DNA of 32,000 nucleotides from Halogeometricum borinquense DSM 11551 (GCF_000172995.2 NC_014736.1:30001-62000); one strand, 5' to 3'; counted from the first letter of the stretch, positions 1 to 9,845 are shown. Program-made: numbers and translations. The notes: generated by a model from the letters alone, not told the origin.

Positions 1-92
1 GTTCGGCTGGAATACCTCACGCCGTCATTCTCACGTTCGCATGGTTGCTGTATTCAAGTCGGTGAGCGCTGATCTCTTGTATTCTTGGCGTG

Positions 93-2156
93 TCAGTCCT
101 CCACCTCGAATAACGGATTGGGAACTGTCGTCCGCGGCTGTTCACCGCCATCGCCGCTGATACGCATGGCAGTCAGCGGCTTGTGTCCCAGTTTCGGTGC
201 GAACAGCGAATCGCGGTCCGCCGAAACGCGGTCATCAGGGACTGATCCGTCGGCCGCTAAGTTGTCAAACACGTTCTCACAGCACCGTCTGACCAGCGAC
301 CAGCAATCAGTTTCGGAGATGGGCTCCGTGGCGGTGAGACGAGCGACTAGTTCTCCCAAATGGTTCTGGAACAAGGCATACCACAACTTTTCTCGGGCCG
401 CTTCGGGATCTCTCGTACAGACGTCAGACCCTGGGTACGGGTCAAAAGAGACATCGAGTCGCGGTTCAAGCAGTCGGACATCACCGAAGTCACTGACGAG
501 TGCACCCGTGGGCTGACCGTTGTCGAACACGACGGCTGTGTTCTGGAGGTGGGCCTCCAGCCCAATTCCGTGCTTTATGAGGAGCGTCAGCGGACCCGGG
601 ACGACGGCGTCGAGATACGACGAGAGGAACTGTTTGACGGTCTCATCCCGGTCCATCGTTGCTTCGTTGTCGGCGTAGGTGTCTAAGAGCGCCGCGAGCA
701 CTGATTGCTCCCCCAGCGGCGGACAGGAGAGAACGCTCGCAGCCGTCACCGCCTGCTCTGAGTCTCCGACAATCGGATGCGTCGCGGGATGGGGACGAAT
801 CAGCGCGCCCAAGTGCCGGACAGCGTCGTACCCGTCCCCATCGGGATGCGGACCATCGGGTGGATAATAACACGCGGCAGCCGGTTCGGAGCGGACTCCG
901 AAGCGCTCGAAGGACTCGTTTTCGCACTTTTGTTTGACGATTCGGCCGAGTTGCGGGCCATCAGCGACGACGTTTGGCGACAGCGTCCGAACGGCGTTCG
1001 TCGTCTGGACGCCGATGGCGAGTTTGAGATGGGGCGGCGTCGCAAGCGACGTTTCAGCAGAACTGGGGACGACCGTCCGCAGCGAGAGCAGCGGCGTCGC
1101 CGACCGCGAATATTCCGAGATAGGAACGACGCGTCCCGCTTGACAGGCGTCGGCATATCGGTCCGGGACCACGTGTCTGAACTGCCAGGGGTGAACGGGG
1201 AGAACGGCGTACTCCTCGCGTCCGTGACCGGCGGGTAGTGACTCGTCAACCGCGGCAGCCAGACCGGGAAACACAGAGTACAGCCGTTCGGTCAATGAGA
1301 TTCCGTCAGCTGACACCGAAAGTGTATGCGGGTTACGAACAGCGACGAACCGGAGTTGGATCGAGTCGGTAAACTCAGGAGCAAACGATAGCGACTCAGT
1401 CGGTGACATGTTGCGCCGAAGCTTTGCACCCGGATGAATCGGATGGCCACCGATCACTAACCGATCAAAGAAAGCCGACGCGTCAGCGGCGGGGCGTGAC
1501 CCCTGCCCCGTCGGTCGCGGCGTTCGGTCGAGAGTATCCCACAGGACCCGTCGGCCGAGATACGCCAGCGCGAGGTTGGCGACGCTTTCACCGACCTCCG
1601 AACGGAAGCGTTCGGCGTCATTGACTGTCGAAAACGCCCCCTGCTGTTCAAGGAGCGTTGCAACCACTTCGGGAGTATCAAGCGGCTCAACACGTCCCTG
1701 CCGACAGATCACGGCCCAACTGCCGAACTGGAAGCGGTCAAATGCCCCGTGTGCGAGAACGGGCGCGACGACCGAGGCCCCTGCGTCGGGAAACGGAATC
1801 ACGAGTAGAGACTCGGCGTCGTCCGAGTCTGGGAGTTGGTCTATAAAAGTTACATCGCGTGCGCCCGGCACCTCGTTGATAGTCGCCGCAATCGAAGCGC
1901 CCCCGGCGGTGACCGTCACCGGGTCAGGGATACCCGCCGGAGCGTCTCGCGCCAAGCCACCGAGCACCCGCTCTCGGACCGACCGCCGGGCTGGAACCAA
2001 CGTACGCCGGTACTCCTCGTCCGGCGGGGTCGAAAGGTCGTACTGCTCGGCGTAGTGATACGCCGCTGGCAGCGCTTCGCGTTCGAGATCTGTCAGCGCC
2101 GCGTGGTCAAGGGCGGAACTCTCGTCGGTGCCGTCGCGCCAGAGGCGTCTCGTCAT
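93..2156 (-). CDS. IucA/IucC-family NIS siderophore synthetase (687 aa)
   Basis: Intact ORF. Family hallmarks LPVHPWQFRH and GIGLEAHLQNTAVVF are present. Palindromic operator/TATA lies 10-29 bp upstream of the ATG. Confidence 0.85.
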   Translation of the reverse strand: MTRRLWRDGTDESSALDHAALTDLEREALPAAYHYAEQYDLSTPPDEEYRRTLVPARRSVRERVLGGLARDAPAGIPDPVTVTAGGASIAATINEVPGARDVTFIDQLPDSDDAESLLVIPFPDAGASVVAPVLAHGAFDRFQFGSWAVICRQGRVEPLDTPEVVATLLEQQGAFSTVNDAERFRSEVGESVANLALAYLGRRVLWDTLDRTPRPTGQGSRPAADASAFFDRLVIGGHPIHPGAKLRRNMSPTESLSFAPEFTDSIQLRFVAVRNPHTLSVSADGISLTERLYSVFPGLAAAVDESLPAGHGREEYAVLPVHPWQFRHVVPDRYADACQAGRVVPISEYSRSATPLLSLRTVVPSSAETSLATPPHLKLAIGVQTTNAVRTLSPNVVADGPQLGRIVKQKCENESFERFGVRSEPAAACYYPPDGPHPDGDGYDAVRHLGALIRPHPATHPIVGDSEQAVTAASVLSCPPLGEQSVLAALLDTYADNEATMDRDETVKQFLSSYLDAVVPGPLTLLIKHGIGLEAHLQNTAVVFDNGQPTGALVSDFGDVRLLEPRLDVSFDPYPGSDVCTRDPEAAREKLWYALFQNHLGELVARLTATEPISETDCWSLVRRCCENVFDNLAADGSVPDDRVSADRDSLFAPKLGHKPLTAMRISGDGGEQPRTTVPNPLFEVED

Positions 2157-2165
2157 ATGGGCAAG

Positions 2166-2185
2166 TTTTTAGGCTGGCCTAAAAA
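2166..2185. promoter_or_regulatory. Palindromic operator copy 1: TTTTTAGGC-TG-GCCTAAAAA
   Basis: Perfect 9+9 bp inverted repeat read directly. It sits at -10 to -29 of the 93..2156 start, so the T-rich arm occupies the expected archaeal TATA position of a leaderless gene. Confidence 0.8.
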
Positions 2186-2240
2186 TTGTTTCTGATAGAT
2201 TTGTTGATATGAGGGGCCAGTTCCGTGTCGGTGTTTGTCT

Positions 2241-4157
2241 TCAGTCATTGCTCAACGATGGCTGTGACGCCCGTTCGAAGAAGTCGTCGGGAAGGGATTC
2301 GATTTCTCCTGCTTGGACGCCCCAGAGGTTCGCATAGAGGCCATCTTCAGCAAGCAGTTCTTCGTGACTCCCGCGTTCGACGATCTGTCCGTCATCGAGG
2401 ACGAGGATGATATCGGCGTCCTTTATTGTCGACAGTCGGTGGGCGATAGCGACGGTGGTTCGATCAGCAGTAACTCGTTCGAGCGAACGCTGGATCAGTG
2501 CCTCAGTCTCAGTGTCAACGCTTGCTGTCGCCTCGTCGAGTACGATGATATCTGGGTCCTGAAGGACCGCACGAGCGAGCGCGATACGCTGGCGCTGCCC
2601 ACCGGAGAGTTTCACACCGCGCTCGCCGACCTGGGTATCGTATCCGGACGAAAGCTCTTCGATGAACGCATGGGCCTCAGCGACTCTCGCGGCTTCTCGG
2701 ACCGCCTCATCGCTTACTTCGAATCGGCCGTACCGGATATTCTCCGCTACTGTTCCGTCGAACAGCACCGTCCCCTGACTGACGTAGCCGATCGATTCAC
2801 GGAGGTCTCCGAGGCGGATGTCTCGCACGTCGTGGCCGTCAACGCGGACAGCACCCGTATCAGCATCGTAGAGCCGTAAGAGCAGCTTTGCGACCGTGGA
2901 CTTCCCAGCACCGGTCGGCCCAACTAGCGCGATTGTCTCCCCCGGCTGAGCGGTAAAATCGACGCCGTTGAGGACCTGTTCGCCGTCGTCATACTCGAAG
3001 TTTACGTCATCGTACTCGATTCGGCCGTTGGCAGAGTCAAGCGCGACGGGGTCGGAAGCATCGCGGACACGGACCGGAACGTCGAACAGACCACAGATAC
3101 GTTTGCCCGAGGCTCGCGCGTTTTCGTACCAGTCCACGATGTTCGACAGCTGTGCGAGAGGCGCAGTGAGCTGTTGGACCAACAAGATGAACACGACGAA
3201 GTCGCCGACGCTGAGTTCACCGGAAAACCCGGGAGGCGGTCCGGAGAACACCCAGACGCCGCCGACAACGAACGTCGCGAGTAGGGAAGCGCCGGTCAGT
3301 AACTTCATTCCCGGCCGATAGAGGAAGGTCAATTTTGAGACGTCCACTCTGGCCTCGAACAGATTGTGCGAGACCTCGTCCATTCGCTCGTTCTCGTGTG
3401 CGGCCGTGTTCGCCGTCTTGACCAGCTCTATCCCGCTGATTCCGTTCTCGATTTGTGTGTTCAGGTTCCCGATTTCAGCGCGCAACCTGGCATATCGAGG
3501 CTCGACGAGACGCATAAACCACCAAGTGAAACCAACGAGGAACGGGACGGCGACGAGCGTTACCACGGCAAGTTGCGTGTTCGTGTGGAAGAGTGCAGCT
3601 GAAATCCCGACAACGATGGCGAAAATACGGACGCTCTGGCTCAAAGCGTTGTCGAGAAACCGCTCTAAGTTGGATGCGTCGTTATCGAGAACGGACATGA
3701 TCTCCCCGGTCTGCGTATTGTCGAAAAAGGACATGTCCAAGCGCTGGAGTCGCTCGTAGGCGTCCGTTCGGATCTCGTACAACACTTTGTACGCGAAGAC
3801 GTTCATCGCTACGCCTCGGACCCACGTCAGTGAGGCCGTCGTCACGAGCGAGGCCGCGACGAGTGCGGCCGACAGCCAGAACTGGGTCGTCTGTTTCGTG
3901 GGGAGCCACGCCACCGGTACCAGCGGCAGGCGATAGGGACTCGGGTCGCTGGTGAAGACAGCGTCAATAGTCGTTCCGAGTACGAGTGGGGTTACAAGCG
4001 TTGCGCCGTGAGCGCCGAGGCTGGCGAGCAGTCCCAGTGTGAGCCATTTCGCCTCCGGCCGGCCGTATTCTCGGAACAGGCGGAAGAGCGGACTCGTCAC
4101 CAGCTCTTGATGAGCGCCGAGTTCCCGCTCGTTGGGATCCGGTTTGTCCGAACTCAC
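2241..4157 (-). CDS. ABC transporter, fused permease/ATP-binding exporter (MsbA-like); probable siderophore exporter
   Basis: N-terminal six-TM-type domain, Walker A GPTGAGKST and signature LSGGQRQRIALARA. GTG start. Embedded in the NIS cluster. Confidence 0.9.
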   Translation of the reverse strand: MSSDKPDPNERELGAHQELVTSPLFRLFREYGRPEAKWLTLGLLASLGAHGATLVTPLVLGTTIDAVFTSDPSPYRLPLVPVAWLPTKQTTQFWLSAALVAASLVTTASLTWVRGVAMNVFAYKVLYEIRTDAYERLQRLDMSFFDNTQTGEIMSVLDNDASNLERFLDNALSQSVRIFAIVVGISAALFHTNTQLAVVTLVAVPFLVGFTWWFMRLVEPRYARLRAEIGNLNTQIENGISGIELVKTANTAAHENERMDEVSHNLFEARVDVSKLTFLYRPGMKLLTGASLLATFVVGGVWVFSGPPPGFSGELSVGDFVVFILLVQQLTAPLAQLSNIVDWYENARASGKRICGLFDVPVRVRDASDPVALDSANGRIEYDDVNFEYDDGEQVLNGVDFTAQPGETIALVGPTGAGKSTVAKLLLRLYDADTGAVRVDGHDVRDIRLGDLRESIGYVSQGTVLFDGTVAENIRYGRFEVSDEAVREAARVAEAHAFIEELSSGYDTQVGERGVKLSGGQRQRIALARAVLQDPDIIVLDEATASVDTETEALIQRSLERVTADRTTVAIAHRLSTIKDADIILVLDDGQIVERGSHEELLAEDGLYANLWGVQAGEIESLPDDFFERASQPSLSND

Positions 4158-4361
4158 GAGCGCAACTCACCTCGTTCGTGCTGCATTTTCGGGGTTACAC
4201 CGTCAGTTCCGATGCCGATAGCTGAGATGCCGTGACGGGGGACAAACGGCAATCTATCTAGCCAGCCGCTCCCGTCTGTTTCGCAGGGTGCGAACTCAGA
4301 GCTAGTAGTCACACTCGCCATCGTCATCCGTCGCTTAGCATGTTAGCCATCATCAGTCCGA

Positions 4362-4802
4362 TCAGAGGCGGCCCTGAATGATCTCTTTCTCTCGCTGGCA
4401 GTCGAAAAGCTGTTTCTCAGCGGCTGCTTTCGGGAATCGCTCGGATTCGAACTCACCGAACTTGTCGGGATGCAGCCGTTGGGCGACCAATCCGGTTTGA
4501 TGGAGGTTTACCAGCGGCCCCTGCGAACCAAACGCACCGGGATAGACGTTGCCTTCCCTGACAGCTGTAAGCAGTCTCCCGACCGGTTCCATGCAGGCCT
4601 CGTAGCTCGCCGAGGGAGCCATCTCGTCGGTCGTCGTGGCCGTCGTCGATTCGGTTGTGAGTGTTTGACTACTGGATTCGGGGATTTCACCGGTCCTCCC
4701 GTCGGCTCCGCCAGTGAATGCGCAACCGGCCAAACCGGCGGTGAGTGTCGCGTTTGTCCCCGCAACGAACTGACGACATGTAGTTCGATAATCACTTGCC
4801 AT
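4362..4802 (-). CDS. Internally deleted paralogue of the siderophore-type substrate-binding lipoprotein (146 aa); possible relic
   Basis: Lipobox LAGC and a S/T-rich linker are present. The C-terminal ~65 aa align with the C-terminus of the 28948..30144 protein (GPLVNL..VAQRLHPDKFGEF..QLFDCQR versus GPVIDL..VAMQLFPDEFGEW..QLFDRQR). The middle ~250 aa are missing. Confidence 0.5.
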   Translation of the reverse strand: MASDYRTTCRQFVAGTNATLTAGLAGCAFTGGADGRTGEIPESSSQTLTTESTTATTTDEMAPSASYEACMEPVGRLLTAVREGNVYPGAFGSQGPLVNLHQTGLVAQRLHPDKFGEFESERFPKAAAEKQLFDCQREKEIIQGRL

Positions 4803-4805
4803 GAG

Positions 4806-4822
4806 TTTTAGGCACGCCTAAA
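4806..4822. promoter_or_regulatory. Palindromic operator copy 2: TTTTAGGC-AC-GCCTAAA
   Basis: Read directly. It lies 4-20 bp upstream of the 4802 start. A separate TATA-like TAAATAT (minus strand, 4824-4830) lies just upstream of it. Confidence 0.75.
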
Positions 4823-4877
4823 CATATTTAGTTCTTCTTGTTCTCGCAGGCCATCAAATATGACGGCGGTTTGTGAG

Positions 4878-6731
4878 TCATTTCCCATTCAGATTGTGGA
4901 GTGGATTAGAGACGCTTCCGTGGGTTGCCACGTCCGGACGCGTGCTGGTGTCCTCGTAGCCGTGTCTTACCATGCGATTACGGTTGAGACAGTACTTTTT
5001 GAATCTGGGCTGGTACAGATCGAACAGACTGAACCGGTCTTCAAATTCAGGGAATCGAGACTGGTATGCATCCATGGCTGAACGGACTTGGCCCCAAAAC
5101 CGCTCCTCGGGGTAGTCGTGGTGGCGAGCTAGCAAGTCGGCGACGTATCGAAACACACCGACAAACAGCGTTCCGACCATCCGGTGACACAGCGATTCTG
5201 GCGGAATCTGGTGAAGGATATGATGCTTATACCGGTCATCGTCTCGGAGTTCGTCCGGGAGTGCGGCCGCCAGTTCAGGGAAGTCACGGTCTGTAATCGC
5301 AACTTCGTCCACGAAGTCCTTGACAGCGATCCGCGTCGGACGACCGTCATCGTGTATGAGGACGACGTTTGTCCCGTGGGGCATGAACACGAGCCCGTAC
5401 TTGTAGAGATAGTGAAGTAGCGGATTGAGAAGCACCTCGAGGAACTCGTCGATCCAAGCGGTAAGTTCGAGGCCCGCCCGGTCTGCGAGTCTCGTGGCAA
5501 TCGGTGTGCCGTCGAAGTCCTCGTGCAGCAGTGCAGCCAGAGTGAGAGGGCGCTCGTCGTCGTCGATCAGTGACAGCACGCTCTCTCGCCAAACGCACCC
5601 GAGCAGTTCGTGGTACTGGTAGGGAGCGTCGTCGAACTGCGAGAACAGTGGGTGTTCGTAGTTAATGCTGGCAATCTCCCCGGGGAGGAGTAACTCACAA
5701 TCGTCGCGGAGGAAGGTATCGTTGTCACGAACCGACTTGATGAACGCAGTCACCCCCGGCGCGGCTTCGGCTTGCTCGCCTAGGATACCACGGTAGACGT
5801 TGGTGTTGAGGACCCGAATGGGGAGTTTCACGTGGTGCTTCTCGGGAGTAGTGGTATTCGAGAACGTCCGGATTGACTGCTGGGGGAGATACTCGTCAGG
5901 CCCCTTGCCCAGCGGGACAATGGCGTCAGTGGCGATATCTCCAGCGAACAACTGCACGATACTGTCGTTCCACTGCCAGTCGTGAACGGGCAGGAACAAG
6001 TACGCTGCCGGGTCGAGGCCGCGGTCGAGTAGCTGTTCCCGGAACTGCTCGTAGTACTCGCCCAGTTCATCGGCGATCAGGGCAGTGTGCTCAAGTCCCT
6101 CGACGGACTGGAACGTTCCGCGCTCACGGCTCACCGCAACCCACGAGAGACGCTGTGGCTCTTTCGACTCGGGCGCGTACTGGAGGTAATCGTCGTAACC
6201 GAACCCGATCCGACCCTTATTGTACGTGTACCATGGGTGGCCCTCCATCTCGCCTTCGACTTCTGCGTAGGGAAAATCGAGTATCGAGGCGGCTTCGCAC
6301 TGATTTTTTCGGGCGCGAATGTGGGCGTCAGCGACGAGTGTATTGTTGTACTCCCGAACGAGGTGGGCCGCGGTCGTCGGGTCGACGCCGATGTACTCGC
6401 GTGCGTCGAGGAAAAATTGGATCGGGTCGCCCGCCGAGTGCCATTCGGTCCCATCGTCGCGCCGATGGACTGATCCCTCCCGAATTCGGTAGCTATCGAG
6501 CGGTCGCCGTTGAGCCTCGAACCGGTACTCGATACCGTCTGTGAGCGTAAGGTGGTACCGCGTCCACGATTCGCCGGGTTCGTCGTCGCCCGCCGGTACA
6601 GTCGTTGTCGCCGCCGGCGTCACCACGTCTTCGTACATGAACTCCGCGAGGACCTTCCGAAGCAAGTTACCGTTGACAGTCGTCCAGACATCTTCGGAGA
6701 GTGCCGAGTCAAGTCGGTCAAGATTCTCCAT
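4878..6731 (-). CDS. IucA/IucC-family NIS siderophore synthetase (617 aa, IucC-like)
   Basis: Motifs LPVHDWQWN and GLVFMPHGTNVVLI. GGAGG-like SD precedes the ATG. Confidence 0.85.
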   Translation of the reverse strand: MENLDRLDSALSEDVWTTVNGNLLRKVLAEFMYEDVVTPAATTTVPAGDDEPGESWTRYHLTLTDGIEYRFEAQRRPLDSYRIREGSVHRRDDGTEWHSAGDPIQFFLDAREYIGVDPTTAAHLVREYNNTLVADAHIRARKNQCEAASILDFPYAEVEGEMEGHPWYTYNKGRIGFGYDDYLQYAPESKEPQRLSWVAVSRERGTFQSVEGLEHTALIADELGEYYEQFREQLLDRGLDPAAYLFLPVHDWQWNDSIVQLFAGDIATDAIVPLGKGPDEYLPQQSIRTFSNTTTPEKHHVKLPIRVLNTNVYRGILGEQAEAAPGVTAFIKSVRDNDTFLRDDCELLLPGEIASINYEHPLFSQFDDAPYQYHELLGCVWRESVLSLIDDDERPLTLAALLHEDFDGTPIATRLADRAGLELTAWIDEFLEVLLNPLLHYLYKYGLVFMPHGTNVVLIHDDGRPTRIAVKDFVDEVAITDRDFPELAAALPDELRDDDRYKHHILHQIPPESLCHRMVGTLFVGVFRYVADLLARHHDYPEERFWGQVRSAMDAYQSRFPEFEDRFSLFDLYQPRFKKYCLNRNRMVRHGYEDTSTRPDVATHGSVSNPLHNLNGK

Positions 6732-6808
6732 TATATCCCCTCCTCGGACAACCGAGACGATGCGGACGGTCCGACGCGTTCGTACCGTGTCGTGGCATAT
6801 GCCATCAG

Positions 6809-6826
6809 TTTTAGGCTAGCCTAAAA
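6809..6826. promoter_or_regulatory. Palindromic operator copy 3: TTTTAGGC-TA-GCCTAAAA
   Basis: Perfect 8+8 palindrome, 78-95 bp upstream of the 6731 start (leadered gene). An adjacent 12-bp palindrome TGGCATATGCCA lies at 6794-6805. Confidence 0.75.
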
Positions 6827-6911
6827 TAACAAAAGTGTTTTGGCACTGACACCGTATCGGACGAGACGAGCGATCAGAGTCGTGCGGCGAACTCCGATAT
6901 CCACGAGAAAC

Positions 6912-6931
6912 TTTTTAGGCATGCCTAAAAA
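6912..6931. promoter_or_regulatory. Palindromic operator copy 4: TTTTTAGGC-AT-GCCTAAAAA
   Basis: Perfect 9+9 palindrome at -22 to -41 of the 6953 ATG. The A-rich arm sits at the TATA position. Confidence 0.8.
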
Positions 6932-6952
6932 CGTAGCGATACGGAGATTCGA

Positions 6953-8293
6953 ATGACGCGTACCAACGCAATCGATGAGCGGTGTACCGATGGGAAGGTT
7001 GACCTCGTCCGACTGTTGTTCGTCACGCAAAGCGGAGCGGTCCGAGCGCACGCGGTCGATTCCTCGAAGGTCGAGTCAGCGGTCCAGACCGGGGTGACGA
7101 TTTCGGAACTGGTTCAGACGTACAATGCGCTCGGGCGGCGAGACAAGAGCGGCCAGTTCGATGCCGCGGGAGAAGTTAGGCTCCAGCCCGATCCGACGAC
7201 GTTCCAAGTGCTACCCTACGCCGAGCGAACCGGAGCGATGCTGTGCAACATCGAGACGCTCGACGGTGATCCGTGGCCCATCGACGCCCGTTCCTCGTTG
7301 CGAGCGCTCGAACGTGACCTTGCGGATGCCGGCCTCTCACCGAACGTCGCCTTCGAGAGCGAATTTCATCTGTTCAAACAGGGGCCGAACGAAGAGGTTC
7401 AACGCGTGGACGAACGCGGGGCCTACGCAACAGCGAGTACACGCGAAACCCACGAGACGATTCTCGCCATCGTTGACGCACTTAAGGCTCAAGACATCTC
7501 CGTCGAGAAATACTACCCGGAGTACGCCGCCGGGAAACACGAAATCGTCACCGGACACCGATCCGGACTCCGGGCGGTCGATGAGTACGTCCTTCTTCGG
7601 GAGACGGTTGACAGCGTCGCACGGGATCACGGGTACCAATCGACGTTCGTCCCGAAGCCGTTCGACAATTCGACGAACGGGTGCCACATCCACGTCTCTC
7701 TGTGGGACGACGGCAACGCCATGTACGACCCGGAGCAGAAGGAACTGAGTCAGACCGGCCGGCAGTTTATCGCGGGAATCCTTGAACACGCACCCGGTCT
7801 CTGCGCGCTCACCGCACCGACAGTCAACTCCTACGCTCGGTTGCGTCCCCAGATCGGTGCGGCCGCGTTCGTCTGCTGGGGGCGGGAGAACAGGGAGGCG
7901 CTCGTTCGCGTCCCGGCCCCAGATTCAGGGGACCCGGAGGGATCGACGCGGATCGAGTTCCGGGCGGCCGATAACACTGCGAACCCGTACGTGGCACTCC
8001 TTGGACTCCTTGCAGCCGGGTTAGACGGTGTCGAGCGCGACCTTGAACCACCGGAACCGGTCACCGTAGACCCCGGAAATCTCTCAGAGAAGGAACGGAC
8101 TGACCGCGGTGTCAATCGACTCCCTCGCACGCTCGGACAGGCACTTGATGCGCTCGAATCAGATGCAACACTACGGGACGCGCTCGGGGCCGATCTATGC
8201 AAGGCATATCTAGGTGTCAAACGAAGTCACTGGGAGGCGTTCACCCGAAGTGCAAACTCCTGGAAGCGCGATCGACTCCGAAGCATCTACTGA
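6953..8293 (+). CDS. Glutamine synthetase family protein (type I-like; gamma-glutamyl-polyamine synthetase-like)
   Basis: 446 aa. GS catalytic-domain signatures are present ([39 protein letters not shown]). Confidence 0.8.
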   Translation: MTRTNAIDERCTDGKVDLVRLLFVTQSGAVRAHAVDSSKVESAVQTGVTISELVQTYNALGRRDKSGQFDAAGEVRLQPDPTTFQVLPYAERTGAMLCNIETLDGDPWPIDARSSLRALERDLADAGLSPNVAFESEFHLFKQGPNEEVQRVDERGAYATASTRETHETILAIVDALKAQDISVEKYYPEYAAGKHEIVTGHRSGLRAVDEYVLLRETVDSVARDHGYQSTFVPKPFDNSTNGCHIHVSLWDDGNAMYDPEQKELSQTGRQFIAGILEHAPGLCALTAPTVNSYARLRPQIGAAAFVCWGRENREALVRVPAPDSGDPEGSTRIEFRAADNTANPYVALLGLLAAGLDGVERDLEPPEPVTVDPGNLSEKERTDRGVNRLPRTLGQALDALESDATLRDALGADLCKAYLGVKRSHWEAFTRSANSWKRDRLRSIY

Positions 8294-8408
8294 GTTCGAA
8301 CAGCCGCGTACAGGCATTCATACCGGGAATGAGAGTACTTCGCACCAGAAGTGACCCCTAATTGTGAAATATTGCTAATAAGTTTGCCTGTACCAACACA
8401 CTTTTGAA

Positions 8409-8427
8409 TTTTTAGGCTAGCCTAAAA
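8409..8427. promoter_or_regulatory. Palindromic operator copy 5: TTTTTAGGC-TA-GCCTAAAA
   Basis: Read directly, at -9 to -27 of the 8436 ATG. Confidence 0.8.
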
Positions 8428-8435
8428 CACAGTTC

Positions 8436-9845
8436 ATGCGGGAAAACCTGTCAGATCAACGACTCGCATCATCGTCCAACTCACCGGCGCGATACAACCA
8501 ATCGAACGAACGACTCAGGCGAAGCCAGGCCGAGCGCGAGTCCAGCGCTCGAACGTACCCACGGTCGTTACCGTTCGCCGTCAAACATGCTCAGGGTGCC
8601 GAGATCGTAGACGCAGACGGCGAGACGTACATCGACTGTCTCGCCGGGGCTGGCACACTCGCCCTCGGGCACAACCACCCCGAAGTAACACAAGAGGTCG
8701 AACGGTTACTGGCCGAGGACCGACCGCTCCACACTCTCGACGTGACGACTCCCGAAAAGGAGGCGTTCGTAGACGCGTTATTCGACAGCCTTCCGGACGA
8801 GTTCACAGATACCGCGAAGGTGCAGTTTTGCTCGCCCGCGGGCACGGACGCCGTTGAGGCGGCACTCAAGCTTGTCAAGACATCGACTGGTAATCGGAGC
8901 GTCCTCGGATTCCAAGGCGGTTACCACGGGATGACAAGCGGCGCACTCAGTCTCATGGGTGACACGGACGCGAAAGAGCCGGTTCCCGGGTTGATGTCAA
9001 ACGTCCACCACCTTCCGTATCCGGATCCGTACCGGCACCCGTTTGGACTCGACGCGGACGGGCACGAACCCGTGAGTCACTTCGCCGAGCGCGTACTCGC
9101 CGACCCCGAAAGTGGCGTCACCGACCCCGCCGGGCTGATCGTCGAACTAGTCCAAGGAGAGGGCGGCGTGAACCCCGCTCCTGACGAGTGGGTCCGAGAG
9201 ATCCGGCGAATCACCGACGAACACGACGTCCCGATGATCGTCGACGAAATCCAGACCGGCATGGGTCGGACGGGCGAGACTTGGTCGTTCGAGCACGCCG
9301 ACATCGTACCTGACGTACTTACCTGCTCGAAGGCAATCGGCGGCGGCCTCCCGCTCGCGGTTGTCGTCTACGACGAGGAACTCGACGTGTGGGAACCCGG
9401 TGCGCACGCTGGTACGTTCCGCGGTCATCAGCTTGCAATGGCGGCCGGTCGGGTCACGATTCGGCATGTTGTAGAGAATGACCTCGATGAACACGCTGCC
9501 GAGATGGGCGAGCGGCTCCGCGAACCGCTCGCGGACCTCGAACGCCGCTTCGACGCAGTCGGGGACGTGCGCGGCCGCGGGCTGATGCTCGGCGTCGAGT
9601 TCGTCGATACAGCGACCGAGACACCCGACGGAGAAGTACCCCCACCGGATGGCGATCTCGCGTCGGCGGTGAAGTCCGAGTGCTTCGACCGCGGCCTCAT
9701 CATCGAGACCGGTGGCCGCGACTCCGCAGTTGCGCGGTTCCTCCCGCCGCTGACTATCACCCGGAATCAAGTTGACGAGATTGCCGACCGATTCCGGGAG
9801 GCCGTCGAGGCAGTCGTCGAAGGCGACTCCGGGGTGACATCATGA
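8436..9845 (+). CDS. dat: Diaminobutyrate--2-oxoglutarate aminotransferase (class III PLP aminotransferase)
   Basis: 469 aa class III aminotransferase pattern (GGYHG, DEIQTGMGRTG, CSKAIGGG). Its stop overlaps the next start (ATGA). Confidence 0.8.
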   Translation: MRENLSDQRLASSSNSPARYNQSNERLRRSQAERESSARTYPRSLPFAVKHAQGAEIVDADGETYIDCLAGAGTLALGHNHPEVTQEVERLLAEDRPLHTLDVTTPEKEAFVDALFDSLPDEFTDTAKVQFCSPAGTDAVEAALKLVKTSTGNRSVLGFQGGYHGMTSGALSLMGDTDAKEPVPGLMSNVHHLPYPDPYRHPFGLDADGHEPVSHFAERVLADPESGVTDPAGLIVELVQGEGGVNPAPDEWVREIRRITDEHDVPMIVDEIQTGMGRTGETWSFEHADIVPDVLTCSKAIGGGLPLAVVVYDEELDVWEPGAHAGTFRGHQLAMAAGRVTIRHVVENDLDEHAAEMGERLREPLADLERRFDAVGDVRGRGLMLGVEFVDTATETPDGEVPPPDGDLASAVKSECFDRGLIIETGGRDSAVARFLPPLTITRNQVDEIADRFREAVEAVVEGDSGVTS

